DNA of 45,659 nt from a virus. The position numbers and the translations under genes are program-made. The notes beneath the pieces were generated by a model, which made no database searches, was not told the origin of the DNA, and worked only from the letters and a program-made list of their open reading frames with translations. Of the stretch, positions 45,181 through 45,659 are shown one piece after another. Every line of letters starts with the position of its first letter. Position 1 is the first letter of the stretch. The stretch covers positions 1 to 45,659 of the IMG/VR virus record IMGVR_UViG_3300009285_000019; one strand, written 5' to 3'.

Positions 45181-45659
45181 ATGATTGGTAAAGGCTCTGG
45201 CGCATCGGTAGGTAAATGGGGTCGCCGTATAAACGCTAACGACGCCAATTCGGCCTTGACGGTCAACCAGCGTGGCAGCGGCAACATTATCTCCCTACAA
45301 GATGGCGGTGTTGCAACTTTCACTGTTGCTGATGGTGGTATTATCACTACCGGCGATAATATACTTGTGCGTATAGGCGCTGATGGCGATAGCGCTCTTG
45401 TGCTCTCTTCTGCTGGTGTAGCTGCCAACACAGTCCTTGCAGGTGTTCTTGTAGGTACCCCTGTTACGCCTATCGCCATTGCTGCAAACTCGCTTATTGA
45501 AGCCAACATTACTGCCTCTGGCGATATTGTATTAGCTGTCAACAAGGGCGGCAATTCGTACATGGCGTTCATGGCAGACGCTTCCACGGGCGACACACTA
45601 TTAGGTGTGCCGACTGGCCAGAGCGTGGATTTCTACATTGCAGGCGCAAAGGTTTTGGA
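45181..45659 (+). CDS. N-terminal part of a junction-spanning fibre-like structural protein. It continues at position 69 of the window and is 335 aa on the circular map.
   Basis: ATG at 45181 opens a frame that runs off the window end (MIGKGSGASVGKWGRRINANDANSALTVNQRGSGNIISLQDGG...). Position 45607 is in frame and equals position 16 of the ORF-track entry 16..597. The composition is Gly/Ala/Thr/Val-rich, as in fibre proteins. Confidence 0.75.
   Translation, partial: MIGKGSGASVGKWGRRINANDANSALTVNQRGSGNIISLQDGGVATFTVADGGIITTGDNILVRIGADGDSALVLSSAGVAANTVLAGVLVGTPVTPIAIAANSLIEANITASGDIVLAVNKGGNSYMAFMADASTGDTLLGVPTGQSVDFYIAGAKVL
45592..45659. repeat. Second copy of the 68-bp terminal direct repeat.
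   Basis: Identical to 1..68. Confidence 0.92.

Noticed and set aside
45120-45596. A 158-aa ORF on the - strand at the window end.
   Set aside because: It is antisense to the junction-spanning + strand gene, which has a clear ATG at 45181, stays in frame across the 68-bp overlap, and has a fibre-like sequence.
1-45659. tRNA, tmRNA or rRNA genes.
   Set aside because: No cloverleaf-compatible segment with a T-loop GTTCRANNC signature was noticed in any intergenic region. The intergenic gaps are short and filled with repeats.

Overview
The window appears to be one complete, circularly permuted genome of a tailed dsDNA phage, siphovirus-like in gene order. Bases 1..68 are identical to 45592..45659, so the unique length is 45,591 bp, and one structural gene runs across the junction (45181..end joined to 1..597). 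The genome is split by strand. The + strand from 33.4 kb through the junction to 10.76 kb carries the packaging, head and tail module: TerL, a DUF935-like portal, a Mu gpI-like protease/scaffold, a DUF2190-like decoration protein, the major capsid protein, fibre-like proteins, connector candidates, the major tail protein, tail chaperones G/GT with a canonical CCCUUUA -1 frameshift site, the tape measure, a LamG-domain protein and tail fibres. The - strand from 11.0 to 33.0 kb carries the early, replication and nucleotide-metabolism module: a family-4 UDG fused to a PolA-type polymerase, an XPD/DinG-like helicase, a Sak4-like ATPase, a PD-(D/E)XK nuclease, an ERCC4-like nuclease, a TSCPD protein, an XRE regulator and many small zinc-ribbon proteins. 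I found no tRNA, CRISPR array, integrase, primase or recognisable endolysin.

Main points of interest:
1. A short phage PurA homologue (P-loop GSEGKG rather than GDEGKG) overlaps a possible MazG-like gene by ATGA. It sits next to a fusion of a nucleoside-deoxyribosyltransferase/Rcl-like domain with dUTPase. This looks like a PurZ-type 2-aminoadenine (Z-base) DNA module, but no DatZ-like HD protein is visible.
2. Nine near-identical sigma70-type extended -10 promoters (TTGACA-N17-TGnTATAAT) with a conserved spacer lie on the - strand. One of them sits inside a 459-codon ORF.
3. Three paralogous early proteins share a module CxCGCG..F..GHD.K..LLKQVERG..CxxCGxPI.
4. Short tandem repeats with a different unit at each locus occupy many gene junctions. 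Their units often carry stop codons, and they also extend in frame into several coding regions.
5. The early/late divergent region contains AT-rich iterons, and a long non-coding gap contains a perfect 21-bp hairpin.
6. The portal carries an extra C-terminal domain that may have an ADP-ribosyltransferase-like (ART-like) fold.

All functional calls rest on motif reading by eye. No database search was run.
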